The notes beneath the pieces were generated by a model. The model had not been told where the DNA came from, searched no databases, and worked only from the letters and a program-made list of their open reading frames with translations. Both the position numbers and the translations under genes were made by a program. A stretch of DNA of 64,000 bases. It comes from Octopus sinensis (lineage: Eukaryota). The DNA is taken from the NCBI RefSeq assembly GCF_006345805.1, contig NC_043013.1, positions 11,780,001 to 11,844,000 of the forward strand. The letters are read 5' to 3'. Positions 24,135-37,529 of this stretch are shown here, in pieces. Within the stretch, counting starts at the first letter, position 1. Every line of letters begins with the position of its first letter.

Positions 24135-24195
<61 letters not shown>

Positions 24196-24537
24196 CGCGA
24201 TGATGATTTTATTTACCACAGGAGAAGTAGATGAGGGAATACGACAAGAACTGTTGACAATTAGCTTGGTGGTGGCAATAGCTTTTATGATTAACGTTTT
24301 AAAATAAAAATAATAATAATAATAATAATAATAAGGTTGATTTTCAATATGAATAGTAATGATGATGATGATGGTGGCGGGGGCGGCGGTTTTGGTGGTG
24401 GTGACGACGACGACGACGATTATTATGCTGCTACCGCTACTGCAGCTGGTGTTCATGATGATGACGATGATGATGATGACGATGATGATGATGAAGATGA
24501 TGATGGTGATGATGATGATGATAGAAGTAATAATAAC

Positions 24538-24643
<106 letters not shown>

Positions 24644-25029
24644 TGACAATAATAATAATAGTAATAATAATAATGAATATATAAATAAATATCAGTAAAA
24701 GCTACGTTCCTGAAATCCGGATCTAGCAATGAATGCCATTGATATTCTGTTGTGGTTGGTTGGGCGATAGCTGACTTGCAAACACGTGTAGCGAGAAGCC
24801 CGACTTTTACTGCTAATCACTGAATTGATTCGAGCGCATTCGATGCTGTGTATGACCCTGTAAGGTCCGTGGGCTTTCAGAATGTGCACGCATGCACTTG
24901 TGCGCCCACCTTCTCCTTGCTTCACTTCACATCTCTGTTTGTCCGTCTGTGTGTGTTTATATATGTATATGTTTTTTTCTTTTTTAAGTGTACGACACTA
25001 TCACATAATCTCTCTTTATCACACTGTCT

Positions 25030-25098
<69 letters not shown>

Positions 25099-25499
25099 AT
25101 CGTCGAATGCTTCGATACCGTTGTTTCTAAACGACTGCATTTCTGTGTGAATTTCTGCCCTTTCTTATGATTGTTGTTGCTGACGTTGTTGTTATTCCTG
25201 TTAAGCATATCGCTGTTGTTGTTGTTGTTGTTGAGCATATCATTAGCTTGTCGTTAATTAAGGGCTGTTGATAGTAAATTCAGTTGAGCACAGAATAACA
25301 CATACCTTGCCGCATAAAAAATACGCCCATTTAAAATCCCAAGTTCAAATTTCGTCTCGTTTCTCTTTCCCTTTAAGTATTTTTTTCTAGATGATAATCA
25401 TCATCGTCGTCGATGTCGTCCATATTTTTTGTTACCATCATCATGACATTATTGTTGTGAGTAAAGAGGTTGAAAAAATCACTGAACATTTCCTCCATC

Positions 25500-25855
25500 G
25501 TGCCAACGATTCTGCCATCTCGTGGCCTTAAAGGCAAAGTCGGCGTCGATGGAACTTTAACTCAGATCGTACAAACGGACGAAATGCTGCTAAACATTTT
25601 TCCCGGCGTGCTAACGACTTTGCCTGCTCTCCGCCATTGTAGTAGTAGTAGTAGTAGTAGTAGTAGTAACAACAACAACAACGACGACGACGATGATGAT
25701 GATGATGATGATAATCCTCTCTAGTAAAGGGAGAAGGCCTGAAATTTTGGTGCAGGGTACTAGTCGAGTACATTGACCCCGATGTTTCCCTAATGCTTAA
25801 TTTTTCGACCCCGAGAGGATGAAAAGCAAAGTCGATTCGGCTGAATTGGAACACA
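25500..25855 (-). mobile_element. Two partial SINE family A copies separated by (TAG)/(CAA)/(GAT) repeats
   Basis: aaggcaaagtcg...gaaatgctgctaaacatt at 25500-25637 and aggcctgaaattttgg...atcgaccc at 25715-25855. Confidence 0.75.
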
Positions 25856-25883
25856 AATAACAATAATAATAATAATAATAATA

Positions 25884-25924
<41 letters not shown>

Positions 25925-26174
25925 TAATAATAACACTTATTACTTTTGTTATTGTTGTAGTAGTTGCAATGGTGCTTGTTATGTCATAAATTCATAATGA
26001 GGTTTCTCTCTCATACCAAAGAAGAATTAAAACGTGGAAAGCCTGAAAAAAAGTGAAGATAATCAGATATCATGTATGAGCGTCTTGGAGATATATTTAC
26101 AGATTCCAACGACGCTGTTTCTGTTTTTTTTTTTATTTTCAGAATATGCCTTTACTTATCCTAACAGTTCAGGC

Positions 26175-26450
26175 ATGTGACCTAGTAGTAAGTGTATTGC
26201 GCTCACAATCGCAAGCTCTTGGTTTCGATTCCTGGGCAGAGTAGTGCGTTGTGTTCTTGTGGAAAGCATTTCGTTTCATGTTGTTCTGCCTTCGCATCGA
26301 CATTTGACGTGTGGCACACTTGTGCACCGGTGCAGGCAATGTCGATATGATGGAAAGGGTGAGATAATGTACAGCACATACGTTTGATCACTATAAACAA
26401 ATCATCTGCGCAAAAGTTGCTAAAGCCTCATCTGTCGTTTACGACAGGAG
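26175..26450 (+). mobile_element. Diverged tRNA-derived SINE (fourth family)
   Basis: A-box-like tgacctagtagtaag and B-box ggtttcgattcc, followed by gcgttgtgttcttg. Confidence 0.6.
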
Positions 26451-27469
26451 TGTCCAACACACCCGAACAGTGAACATCGCCAATATTTTTGCAGAAATTA
26501 TTGCGTATCGCTCCAGTGACAGCGTGTTACACAAGCCGTTATGGACGTAGCCCTGAACTGCCATGTTGTTCTGTTTAGCTCAATAGCTAAGTCAGCCTAA
26601 TTCCTTCTGATCAGAGTTATTGCCGTATCGATTAGTATTAATTCACTTTTGTCATTTTTACCATGTGAAATTATGTCAAGCTTATTATGGCTATCAGTCG
26701 CAGTTGTACTCTCCGTATGCCAAAGCTCTATAGAATTTTCGCATTGTCATTTTGTAAGATAAATGGACTTTCAAATGAGTGCCAGAGAGCTGCTTTCTCT
26801 TACGTGTTAAAATTGGGTGGCCAAGCCTCTATAGAGCAGTTTTCACTACGTAATTGCTTATCCATGTATATTTTGTCTGAGCTGCATACTAATACAATGT
26901 GTTGTGTTAACTCATGAAATCCAGCATATAGATGACATATTCTATTCATATTTTATTTATAATAGGTATTCTTTTTCATATATTTCGTTGTCCGATAAAT
27001 TCGTTCGGTCCCTTCCAATGTTATTCGAATCAACATGAAAAGTTATTTTTCGAAGTGTTTTATGTTTTTTTTAATTTTTCAATCCTATTCCTCTTATACA
27101 TATTTGTTTATTGTTTCTGAGATTTGAATAATTTTATTTCATTTTAGATATACGAAGATGTAGTGCAATGTTGAAAACTATTAGCATCTTCGATACCAGT
27201 TTCACTTCGCTTTCAGTCAAGGAAGCAAAACTGGTAGAATTACTTGAGATATTTTTGCAGAAAGAAATGGTTTTTCACGCTCCGATGAAAAGAAATTCGA
27301 CTTCATATATTTCTGCGTTCCAGACGACCAGCTTAATTTAATGAGAATCGATTGAATTAGCTAATCCACGAGAATCTGTGCCAATTCAATAGGGAAATGG
27401 CCCAGCCAATGGAATGTTTTCATGGCATCCTCACTCGTTGTCTTTGCTCGATGGGCAATCCACCTGAAA

Positions 27470-27860
27470 TATCCGACCTTATTCAGCACGACTAGAATCG
27501 CTGTCACGTCACTAATTTGACCAAATATAATTATTAAGAGCTCGTTTGGGAAGTTCTATCCCAAACCACAATATTCTCCTGATATAGCACCTGAAGAATA
27601 ATTAGATTTTTCAGTCACTCTCCAACATTCAGCAAGGCGTTTCGTTGAAGAACGACGTGGGGCTGAAAATGTGGTTCAATAAAACTTTCGAGTGAAGACC
27701 TAATTATTTCTGACACCAAACTAGTGGTGTGTTGGTAAGAAGTTGAGAACAATGATGGAAAATATACCATTGACTGATCTTTTAAAAGTGTTGGTGAAAA
27801 ATGAGTATTAAAAGAAACGGCAAAAAATTAACAACAATTTTTTCTGATAACCCAGTATAT
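27470..27860 (+). mobile_element. Highly decayed mariner 3' fragment
   Basis: QHD...ELVWEVLSQPQYSPDIAP-like translation across frameshifts; ends ataacccagtata (TIR-like plus TA). Confidence 0.7.
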
Positions 27861-28347
27861 CTAATGGAAATCGCCTGCTTCTGAAAGGTGAATAACGTTA
27901 TTTCCCCTGCCTCAATCATGAGGGATTATTGAACCAGGATATATAGCTATTTTGTGCTTGTGATTATTTATTTGCAGGCCGTTTAGTTCAAAGGAGTATT
28001 GTTTGAGCTAGGCCTTGATGTCAAAGTAGTAGTAGTGGCTGTTGTTGTTTAACCGCATGCGTATTGTGATTGGATTGACATATGATCAAAGTCGTTTCAA
28101 CTGCAACCGTCTATTCTTTGCGTATGTCGAGGACTATATTATCTAATGTGTATTTTCTCGTTTTAAAGTGGCAAGGCATTTATGAGATAAGTGAGTGCCA
28201 TTTCTAGCAAGTCGAATGACAGTACAGAAGCCCTTTTGTAGCTACCTAGTCCGAATCCCTTACTGGCACAAATTACAAGCAGTCCTGTACAAGAAAGGCT
28301 GTATCACGTACCTATTCATGCGTTTGTATGTGCATATGTATATACAC

Positions 28348-28700
28348 ATTGGGTCATCCCATAAATAAAACGGCTTTTTATACTTCTTTTATTTTTCAAA
28401 ATTAAGATAAACAAAGTTCCGTTTTAACCTAAAATATACTCTCCTTCATTTTCTACAAAGCTCTTCCATCTATCTGGTAAACTTCCAAGGCCCTTCTTCC
28501 AAAATTCACTTCTCCGTGACGAAAAATACTCCTCTTGTACTGTTTTGGCCTCGTCTACAGAATTCATATATTTTCGTCCAAATGATTCCGAAAACTGCTG
28601 AATAAATGATAATCAGATGAGGCACTCACTGTCCGGCGAATATGGTGTGTGGGGCATCGTTTCCCATTCAAACTGCTCCAGCCTTTCGAATGTAATCCTA
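28348..28700 (-). mobile_element. Mariner 3' fragment with right TIR
   Basis: Minus strand LEQFEWETMPHTPYSPD and EYFSSRRSEFWKKGLGSLPDRWKSFVENEGEYI; end sequence attgggtcatcccataa. Confidence 0.85.
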
Positions 28701-29285
28701 TAGTATTTCTCTGCTTTTTCTTCCGTTCCTTCGAAGCCATAAAAGGAATTTTGTTATCTCCTTAAAGCTTCTTGTCAAAGACAATGCTTTCTAATATTTA
28801 AACTATTGTCTTAGCAAGATCTGGAACTTATTGTACTTGTGTTTCAATTACGGTGGTTCATTATCGTAAAAAATATCATGCACATTGATATACGAAGGAA
28901 GGATTGTCTCGGTAGTCGTACAAAAAGCAAACCAGAATTAGAACATATTCACAGCTTTAAACATAAAAAAGTTACTGGTGGAGCGTTACAAAAGAAACAG
29001 CAACCTAATTTTAAAACTTTGTTCAGATAATTATCCTATAAGGCAAAACTCATTCCCTGTCGCAGAGAGCAACTGTAAATGATTATCAAAGTTGTTTTCT
29101 GTGTACACGAGTGCATCAAAGATTTATGGAGAGGAAAGCAGGAATCTAGGGAACATTAATGAGAAACTTGCAGCTCTTGATATTTATTGTTATAGGTGCA
29201 CTTGGTCATGCAGTATTTGCTTTGTGTTAAAGTGGAGAAATTTGAATTCTCCGAGAATATATGAAAAAAAGGGGGGGGGGCATAT

Positions 29286-30756
29286 CCGAATGTACACATA
29301 CACACAAAAATACGCACATCCGTATAAACAAGCAAGCATAAGCACCCCCTCAGAGGTGAGCGTGGATGTGCATGCTTATATGTATGTGTGTATGTATTAT
29401 TATGTATGTATGTATGTATGCATAGATGGATGAATTGATGGGTGTGCATGTGTGTATGTGCATATGTGCACATGTATATGTATCTGTTTATGTATACGTA
29501 TGTGTTTACGCATATGCATGTGTGAATGTTAGTGCGCATGACTGTGTAAATGTAAATATTTCATATATGTATGTCTGCACATGTGTGGAGGCACATGGCC
29601 TAGGGGACAGAGCAGCGGACTCGCGGTCGAGGGGTCGCGGGTTCGAATCTCAGACCGGGCGTTTATGAGCGAAACACCAAAGCTCCACGCGGAATGGCAG
29701 ACTTCTGCTGACTCTTTCGCCACAACTTTCTCTCACTCTTTCTTGCATCTTGCAGCTCACCTGCGACGGACCGGTGGGGAACATAAACGCCATGAAAACC
29801 GGAAAAACCGGCCCTTATGAGCCAGGCATGGCTCGAGAAGGAACAAATAAAAAAAGTAACAGGGCTCTTTTACTTCGGGATCAATTTTTGGTATTTCTAG
29901 GCATGTGAATTAATTTGTGCATTTATTTGTATGCACATACTCGCACGACATATTCACGCGTACGCACACAAACAGTAATGAAGTATACACGCATATATAT
30001 AATACAGTGATATTCTCACACACAACACTCGTATAAGTATGTGCATGTACATGCCTACAAATAAATACACAAATTCATTCACATGCCTAAAAATACAAAA
30101 AAATTGTCCAGAAGTAGAAGAGCCTTGTCACGTTGTTAGTGACCGACTTAAAGTGCGCAGAAGGAAAAAATAAATGGATCACATTCATAAAAAACATATA
30201 AATACAAACATTCACACATATTTGTGTCTATGTATAAATTTATATTTGTACATTTACGCTTACATTAATGCACACACACACATACACACACACACACACA
30301 TATATATATATAAATGTTCATGTACATATATTTATATGTACTTACATGTGCATGCACATACATATTTATAAATATGTACATTATCTCCGTCATGCGCCCT
30401 AACATTCATACATACATACATACATATACATAAACACATACATATACATGAGCACATACACACACACATATGCACATTCATTCATCCATGCATACATACA
30501 TAGACGCACATACATACATGCATATATAATACATACCCATACACACACACACACACGCACATTCATCCAACCATGCAGCCATACATAGACGCGTGCGCAC
30601 ATGCACACACACATACACACACAGACTGTGCTACAGTGTCAACAACCGATGACCGTAACTTTATGCTTATGTTTGCGCACGCTCACCTCTGAGGGGGTGC
30701 TTATGCTTGCTTATTTATACAGATGTACGTATTTTTGTTTGTATGTGTACATTCGG
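29286..30756. repeat. Long inverted repeat (arms ~29286-29561 and ~30370-30756)
   Basis: 29286-29364 vs 30678-30756 match 75/79; 29523-29561 vs 30370-30408 match 33/39; the microsatellites between these blocks are complementary. Confidence 0.9.
29585..29850 (+). mobile_element. SINE family C2
   Basis: Matches 4294-4578; lies in the spacer of the inverted repeat. Confidence 0.9.
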
Positions 30757-31114
30757 TATTTTCACCACTTTTTACATACATTTTTACCTCTAAACCTTTA
30801 GTATATATATATATATAATATATATATATATATTTCTGATCCACTTACAAAGGATTTCTTTTTCATTCTTCCATATTTTGGAATTTTAATTTTAATTTTT
30901 ATTACATTACATTTATTTATTTATCATTTTTCGGCTCTTTCTGTCCATCTTCGTTTTTTGAACTTTTAGAAAGATTTTATTAATCTTTCTCTGTATAGTT
31001 TGTTTGTTGCATTGCATTACATTTCGCTTACATTTTTTGAATTTATCTCACTATGATATATGTAGTTGTGTGTGAGTGAATTTATATACGTTTATATGCC
31101 TATATATGCATATA

Positions 31115-31145
<31 letters not shown>

Positions 31146-31312
31146 CTATATATATATATATTATATATATACATATATACATATATGCATATATGTATAT
31201 ATATGTATGTATATATATATATATAATATATATATATATAATATATATATATATATATTATATATATAATACATATATACATATATGCATATATGTATAT
31301 ATATGTATGTTA

Positions 31313-31352
<40 letters not shown>

Positions 31353-31768
31353 TATATATTATATATATATAAACATTGTCATTGACGTGTATATTATTTT
31401 ATATTTCACTATTTTTCTGTTTTGTTCTTTTTTTGTGTTTTTTTCTTTCCGTATGTGTTTCTTTTTGTTTTTTTCCTGTCAAACATATTTGCTACATTAA
31501 GTTCTGTGATGCATTGCATTATACGATACGCTTGCAAAATCTTGATTAAAAGTCCCTTAATAACTGCAATATAATTTTTTTTTTAACTGTAATTTCTTTA
31601 TTTTATTTATAAAAGTTATTTATTTATATTTTCATTCAGAATAATCGTACAACAGATTTTTAATAATTCACTTAAGAAGAACAAAAAAATAAAATAAAAT
31701 AAAATGAAATAAAATATAATAAAACAAAACAAACAAGAAAAGAAAAAAAGTAAACAGAATTGAAAGTA

Positions 31769-31820
<52 letters not shown>

Positions 31821-32090
31821 GTAATACAAAAATAATCAATTGAAAATATTAAAGGCTAAAAAACAAAACATCCTTTTTGAATACAGTGACGGTAGACGAA
31901 CATAAGGCAAGAAAAATCAAAGCAATGAATAAACTATATTTTGATATACACGTGTGGTTGTTAAAAAATGTGTATTTATACATACGCACATATACGCATG
32001 GGTACATATATATGTATACATGCATACACACTATATCTCTCTATATATGATTGTAAATATATATTCAATATATATATATATGTGTATGTA

Positions 32091-32130
<40 letters not shown>

Positions 32131-32173
32131 ACATACATATTCAGATAATAATAATGAATACGATAATAATAAC

Positions 32174-32204
<31 letters not shown>

Positions 32205-32325
32205 ATAGCAGCAGCAGCAGTAGCAGTTGTAGTAACAAAAACAACAACAACAACAATAATAATAACAATACTAATAATAATATTACCAATAACAATAATG
32301 ATAAATAATAATGATAATAATGACG

Positions 32326-32383
<58 letters not shown>

Positions 32384-32458
32384 TAATAACAATAATAATA
32401 ATAGTAGCAATAATGATGATAACGATGATAATGATAAATAATAATGATAATAATAATG

Positions 32459-32511
<53 letters not shown>

Positions 32512-32984
32512 AATATAATAATAATGATAATAATAATAATAATAATGATAATAATAATAATAATAATGATAATAATAATAATAATAATAACAAGTGTATA
32601 CCCAAGTGAGATGAGTCCATTAAACTATCCAACTGTTTGTCTCATATTTTGGTTTTAGCAATTCGTCGTTGATCGCAAATTTCTTTCTTTTAAGTTTCGG
32701 GCTGTGGGTTGTGATATTCTTGATGTCAAGTATGTGTCTGTTTATTGCCTGTTTGTGTGCATGTGTGTGTATATGTGCGTGATGGTATGTGTGCTTCTGT
32801 AGTGTGCGCAAGTGTTTATGTATGTACGTATATGTATGAATATATGTGTATGTGTGTGTGTGTGTATAGCTAGTTAGATAGATATACATATATTTAACTC
32901 TATGTATATATATAAATATATGTATGTATATACAAATATTCATACATGTACACACGCACACACACACACACACACTTGTATATG

Positions 32985-33620
32985 CAGGGTGATTGAAAAA
33001 TAACTCCCTATTTCAAAATACTTATAATTTATTTATTAAGTATAATTTTTAGAAAAATGAATATGTGAAGAAAGGGTGTAGCATGGAATTTTATTTAAAA
33101 TTCGATATAGGCACCAGCATTCACTCCCAGCTTCTCAAGTGGCCCGGGAACTGCATCAACTGATTTCATTAGGAAATCTTGTAGGATATAGAAGACATAA
33201 CTTCTCGTATTCGCCCTTCAAGTTCTTCCAAAACTGTGAGTTTGGCAGAGTGGACTTGCTACTTTAACCAATCCCAAAGAAAAACGTCGCAAGATGTTAA
33301 ATCAGAGATTCTGGCCAGACAATCATGCGGACCTCGACGACCAGCCATTCACAAACAACAAAAGCAAAACGTGTAGGACCGCCATCTTGCATAAAAATCA
33401 AACTTTCAATGTTCTCCCAAGCACTTATAACTGGTCAGATTTCATCTTGCAGCATGGTGAGGTTCCTTTCCTCATTCATGGTATTGCAAAGGATGAAAGG
33501 ACTCACAAATCTGTCCAAAGTTATTCCACAGCATACGCCTGCTTCAAATATTGTGCCATTGGGCATGGCAGCGAACCCAATACAACAACTATACGCCACT
33601 GATACTTATCGATGATACAA
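32985..33620 (-). mobile_element. IS630/Tc1/mariner DDD-type transposon remnant (maT/rosa-like), 3' part
   Basis: Minus strand IFMQDGGPT, FFLWDWLK and LEELEGRIREV motifs; terminus begins CAGGGTG at 32985. Confidence 0.8.
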
Positions 33621-33696
33621 CATTGCCGAGGCAGTGAGGCAGTCACTATGCGGTCGCTGGATGTGTTAGAAATAGCAGCCAAATCTTCCTCAGATA

Positions 33697-34000
33697 ATTT
33701 TTTTTTGTTTTGTTCCTTCTCGAGCCATGTCTGGCTCATTAGGGCCGGTTCCTTGGCGTATAGGTTCCCCACCTTGACGGGACGCCGGTCCGTCGCAGGT
33801 GAACTGCAAGATGCAGGAGGAAAGAGTGAGAGGAAGTTGTGGCGAAAGATTCAGCAGAAGTTCGCCATTACATTCTGCCGGAGCCGCGTGGAGCTTAGGT
33901 GTTTCGCTCACAAACACACACATCGCCTGGTCTGAGATTCGAACCCGCGATTCCTCGACCGCGAGTCCGCTGCTCTAAGCACTAGGCCATGTGCCTTCAC
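33697..34000 (-). mobile_element. SINE family C2, full length
   Basis: Reverse complement of the 4294-4578 type. Confidence 0.92.
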
Positions 34001-34068
34001 TCCTCAGATAATACTATACTATATTACGGAACAAAGGACACTCAGAGCCATAAAGTCCTAGATGTATA

Positions 34069-34113
<45 letters not shown>

Positions 34114-34879
34114 ACGACGACATTGTTATCGCTAGTTGGAATGTCTTTGTTCATAGGTATTCTAGACCAGGGCTGACTTAGATCTAAACAACGACAAAGA
34201 AAAAACAGCAACATCAATAACATCATTATTATCCTCATCGTCGTCGTCATCATCGTCATCAACAACAGCAACAACAGCAGCAGCAGCAACAAAATCGATG
34301 AATTACGTTGTCTTCTCAGACCTAAATAGACTGGACATTTTGAAATCTAAGTTACTTGGTCGCCAACGGAACGGCAATAACAATGATATAATGTGAACAA
34401 TGGATCTCTCTTTTGCTTTCTATCATCCTCTGTCATTCAAAGTCTCATACCGCACCCCACTTTCTCTCTCTCTGTCTCGCTCCTCTGTCTGTCTGTCTCT
34501 CTCTCTCTCTCTTACAATAAAACGTTCGGTCACTGTCAGAAGCATAGATAAATGAGATTCTAGTTAAATAATGTCCGAGTTTTAGTGCTGTTGATGTCGA
34601 AAGGTGGACTCCTACTTTGTCATTTTTAATTAATTTGTGCGTGGTGAGGTTTGGCAGACAATCGCCGAACGGTGAACGAAAGGAGTTACAATATATAATT
34701 TCATCTCACTATATATGTTATCAATCAAAATTTACCTGAAATATACCATCATGTTATATATATAGTGAGAGCTTGAGCCAAAGACAGTGCTTCTACGTGG
34801 TTGCTAGAAATAGCAACCAGATCTCTCTCAAATTACATTCTACAATCTTAAATTCGTTGAAATTTTGACACAAGGACAT

Positions 34880-35941
34880 CAATTTTACATCAGAGCCAGT
34901 ACTCAACTGATTTTATCAAAAAAGTCATTTTATCAAATAAGAATGGCCAGCTCGAGTCAAGTGACATATGAATATGAATTCAGAACGTAAAGCCGGAAAA
35001 TATGACGTTAACCATTTTGTCCGGTATGCTGACGGTTCGATCTGTACGCCGTCTAATTCTACTATCTTAAATAAGATGACGTGGTTCTAATTCCCTACTT
35101 ATTCGTTTCTACTCTAGGCACAAGGCCCGAAACTTTTGGGGAGGGGGTCAGTCGATTAGATCGACCCCAGTACGCAACTGGTACTTACGTTATCGACCAC
35201 GAAACGATAAAAGACAAACTTTTCTTCGGCGGAATTTGAACTCAGAATATAATGGCAGACGAAATACCACTAAGCATTTCGCTCGGCGTGCTGACATTTC
35301 TTCATTGCCCACCAGGGGTTAAACAGAGGGGACAAACAAGGACAGACAAACGGATTAAATCGATTATATCAGCCCAAGTGCGTAACTGGTACTTAATATA
35401 TCGACCACGAAAGGATGAAAGGCAAAGTCGACCTCGGCGGAATTTGAACTCAGAACGTAGCGACAGATGAAATACCGCTATGCATTCCGCCTGGCGTGCT
35501 TAACGTTACTGCCAGCTCGGAGCCTTTAGTAAGCGCTATTATTCTTTTCTTCTCTAGGCACAAGGCCTGAAAGTATGGGGGAGGGGACCACTCCATTAGA
35601 TCGACCCCAGTACGCAGCTGCTACTTAAATTATCGATCCCGAAAGTATGAAAGGCAAAGTCGACCTCGGTGGAATTTGAACTTAGAACGTAACGGCAAAC
35701 GAAATACCTATTTCTTTACAACGCACAAGGGGCTAAACACAGAGGGGGCAAACAAGGACAGACAAACGGATTAAGTCGATCATATCGACCTCTGTGCGTA
35801 GGTGGTACTTATTTAATCGACCCCGAAAGGATGAAAGGCTAAGTCGACCTCGGCGGAATTTGAACTCAGAACGTAACCGCAGACGAAATACCGCTAAGCA
35901 TTTCTCCCGGCGTGCTAACGTTTCTGCCAGCTCGTCGCCTT
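34880..35941 (-). mobile_element. Stack of about five same-orientation SINE family A copies
   Basis: Copies at ~34880-35050 (decayed), 35107-35295, 35297-35524, 35545-35709 and 35709-35941. Confidence 0.9.
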
Positions 35942-36080
35942 TAATTACCTACTTATTCTAAAATAGAAGATATGGTCACGGTTTTATGATGGTCAAGGGA
36001 GCTGACCAATGAAATCATGGATCATATTTTTTACTGCTTTATAATTTATTTTTTACTTATTTTCTTTAATTCTTTTATTC

Positions 36081-36487
36081 CTTTTACTCGTTTTACTTCG
36101 GCCATGCTGGAGCACCGCCTTTAGTGGAACAAATCGACCCCAGGACTTGTAATCCTAGCACATATATGTTACGGGGACGTAAACAGACCAGCATAGGTTG
36201 TCAAGCAAGTTTTGGGGGGGACAATCACAGACACTCAAACATATACACACACATACATACACACATACACACCTATACACACACACACACACATATATAT
36301 GTATATATATATATATATATATACGACGGGCTTCTTTCAGTTTCCGTTTGCCAAATCCAGAAACAACGTTTTGGTCGACTCGAAGCTATAGTAGAAGACA
36401 CTTGTCCAAGTTGCCACGCAGTGGGACTGAACCCGGAACCATGTTGTTGGTAAGTAAGCTACTTACTACAGAGCCACTCCTGCGCCT
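36081..36487 (-). mobile_element. SINE family B, near full length (further decayed B piece to ~36700)
   Basis: Collinear with 17663-18104. Confidence 0.9.
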
Positions 36488-36980
36488 TGTTTCATTTCTT
36501 GACATTTAGCCATACTAGTGCACCGCCTTGAAGGATTTAGCAAGACAAATTGACCCAAGTATATATTTCAAGATTGGTAATTAACGTGTTAGTTTTTACA
36601 AAACGCTAACATAAGGTGGCGTAAACAAGCCAACTTCGATTGTTAGGCAGTTGTGGAGGGGGTCCAACACAAGCAAAGACGCTTACACTTATATATACAA
36701 CGGAGTACTACCTAAATTTCGTTTGCGAAAAGTGAGAGAGGGAGAGTGGGAAAAAGAAATTGAGAAAGAGATGCAAACACACAGACAGTAAGTGAGAACT
36801 AGATAAATTATGTATAGAAATTATATAGTAATGCTCAAATGAATTTGAGCTTAAACACTCACTTTTTTTAACTACGGCAAGGCCCACTGTGTCAGCAATA
36901 CTAAAAGAGAGATCCAAATTCAACTTCATAAGCTAGTGGTTAATATATATATTATTATATATATATATATATATATATGA

Positions 36981-37050
36981 GGAGAACATCGTCTCCAGCT
37001 GGCTTTAGGCACACTTTCTGTGTCTAAAGCCGCTGGAGACGATGTTCTCC
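36981..37050 (+). ncRNA. 70-nt near-perfect hairpin (candidate pre-miRNA or palindromic mini-MITE)
   Basis: 19 perfect bp, a 1-nt bulge, then 13 bp (one G-U) and a 5-nt loop. The hairpin is certain; its function is not. Confidence 0.35.
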
Positions 37051-37162
37051 CTGGGGCTACAAGCTACAGTAACAGCCACCCTTAGTGGTTAGCCATATTG
37101 AGATGGCAAGTATACTTCACACTGTCGTGCAGTTATACTTCGTTCAGAGATTTATTATTGCT

Positions 37163-37227
<65 letters not shown>

Positions 37228-37529
37228 ATGCGTACATTTACATAGAGCAACAAAAGGGATCAGCATAAAATACAAAGCAATTACGTAATATCTTAACTCC
37301 ACAGCTGTTTCAAGTTAGCACTACTATACAGATTATATTTGCCAATCTTTTCATGATTGGTCAGCCGGCTTACAGTTATATTTTCATGGGACTCGTCGCC
37401 GTAAGCATACATGTGAGACTCTGCAAATATCACTTGCAAATTGTAACTATTACGAAACTCCGGGCTTCTGAAATATCCGTTGATTTCATTCTGCATTTTG
37501 GTGCTGCTTGTAAATATATATATATATAT

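Noticed and set aside
26143-26195. + strand exon after ttttattttcag ending at gtaagt
   Set aside because: The donor is part of a SINE A-box.
34880-35941. Regularly recurring ~200-bp units as a CRISPR-like or satellite array
   Set aside because: The units are SINE copies with no repeat-spacer architecture, and the context is eukaryotic.
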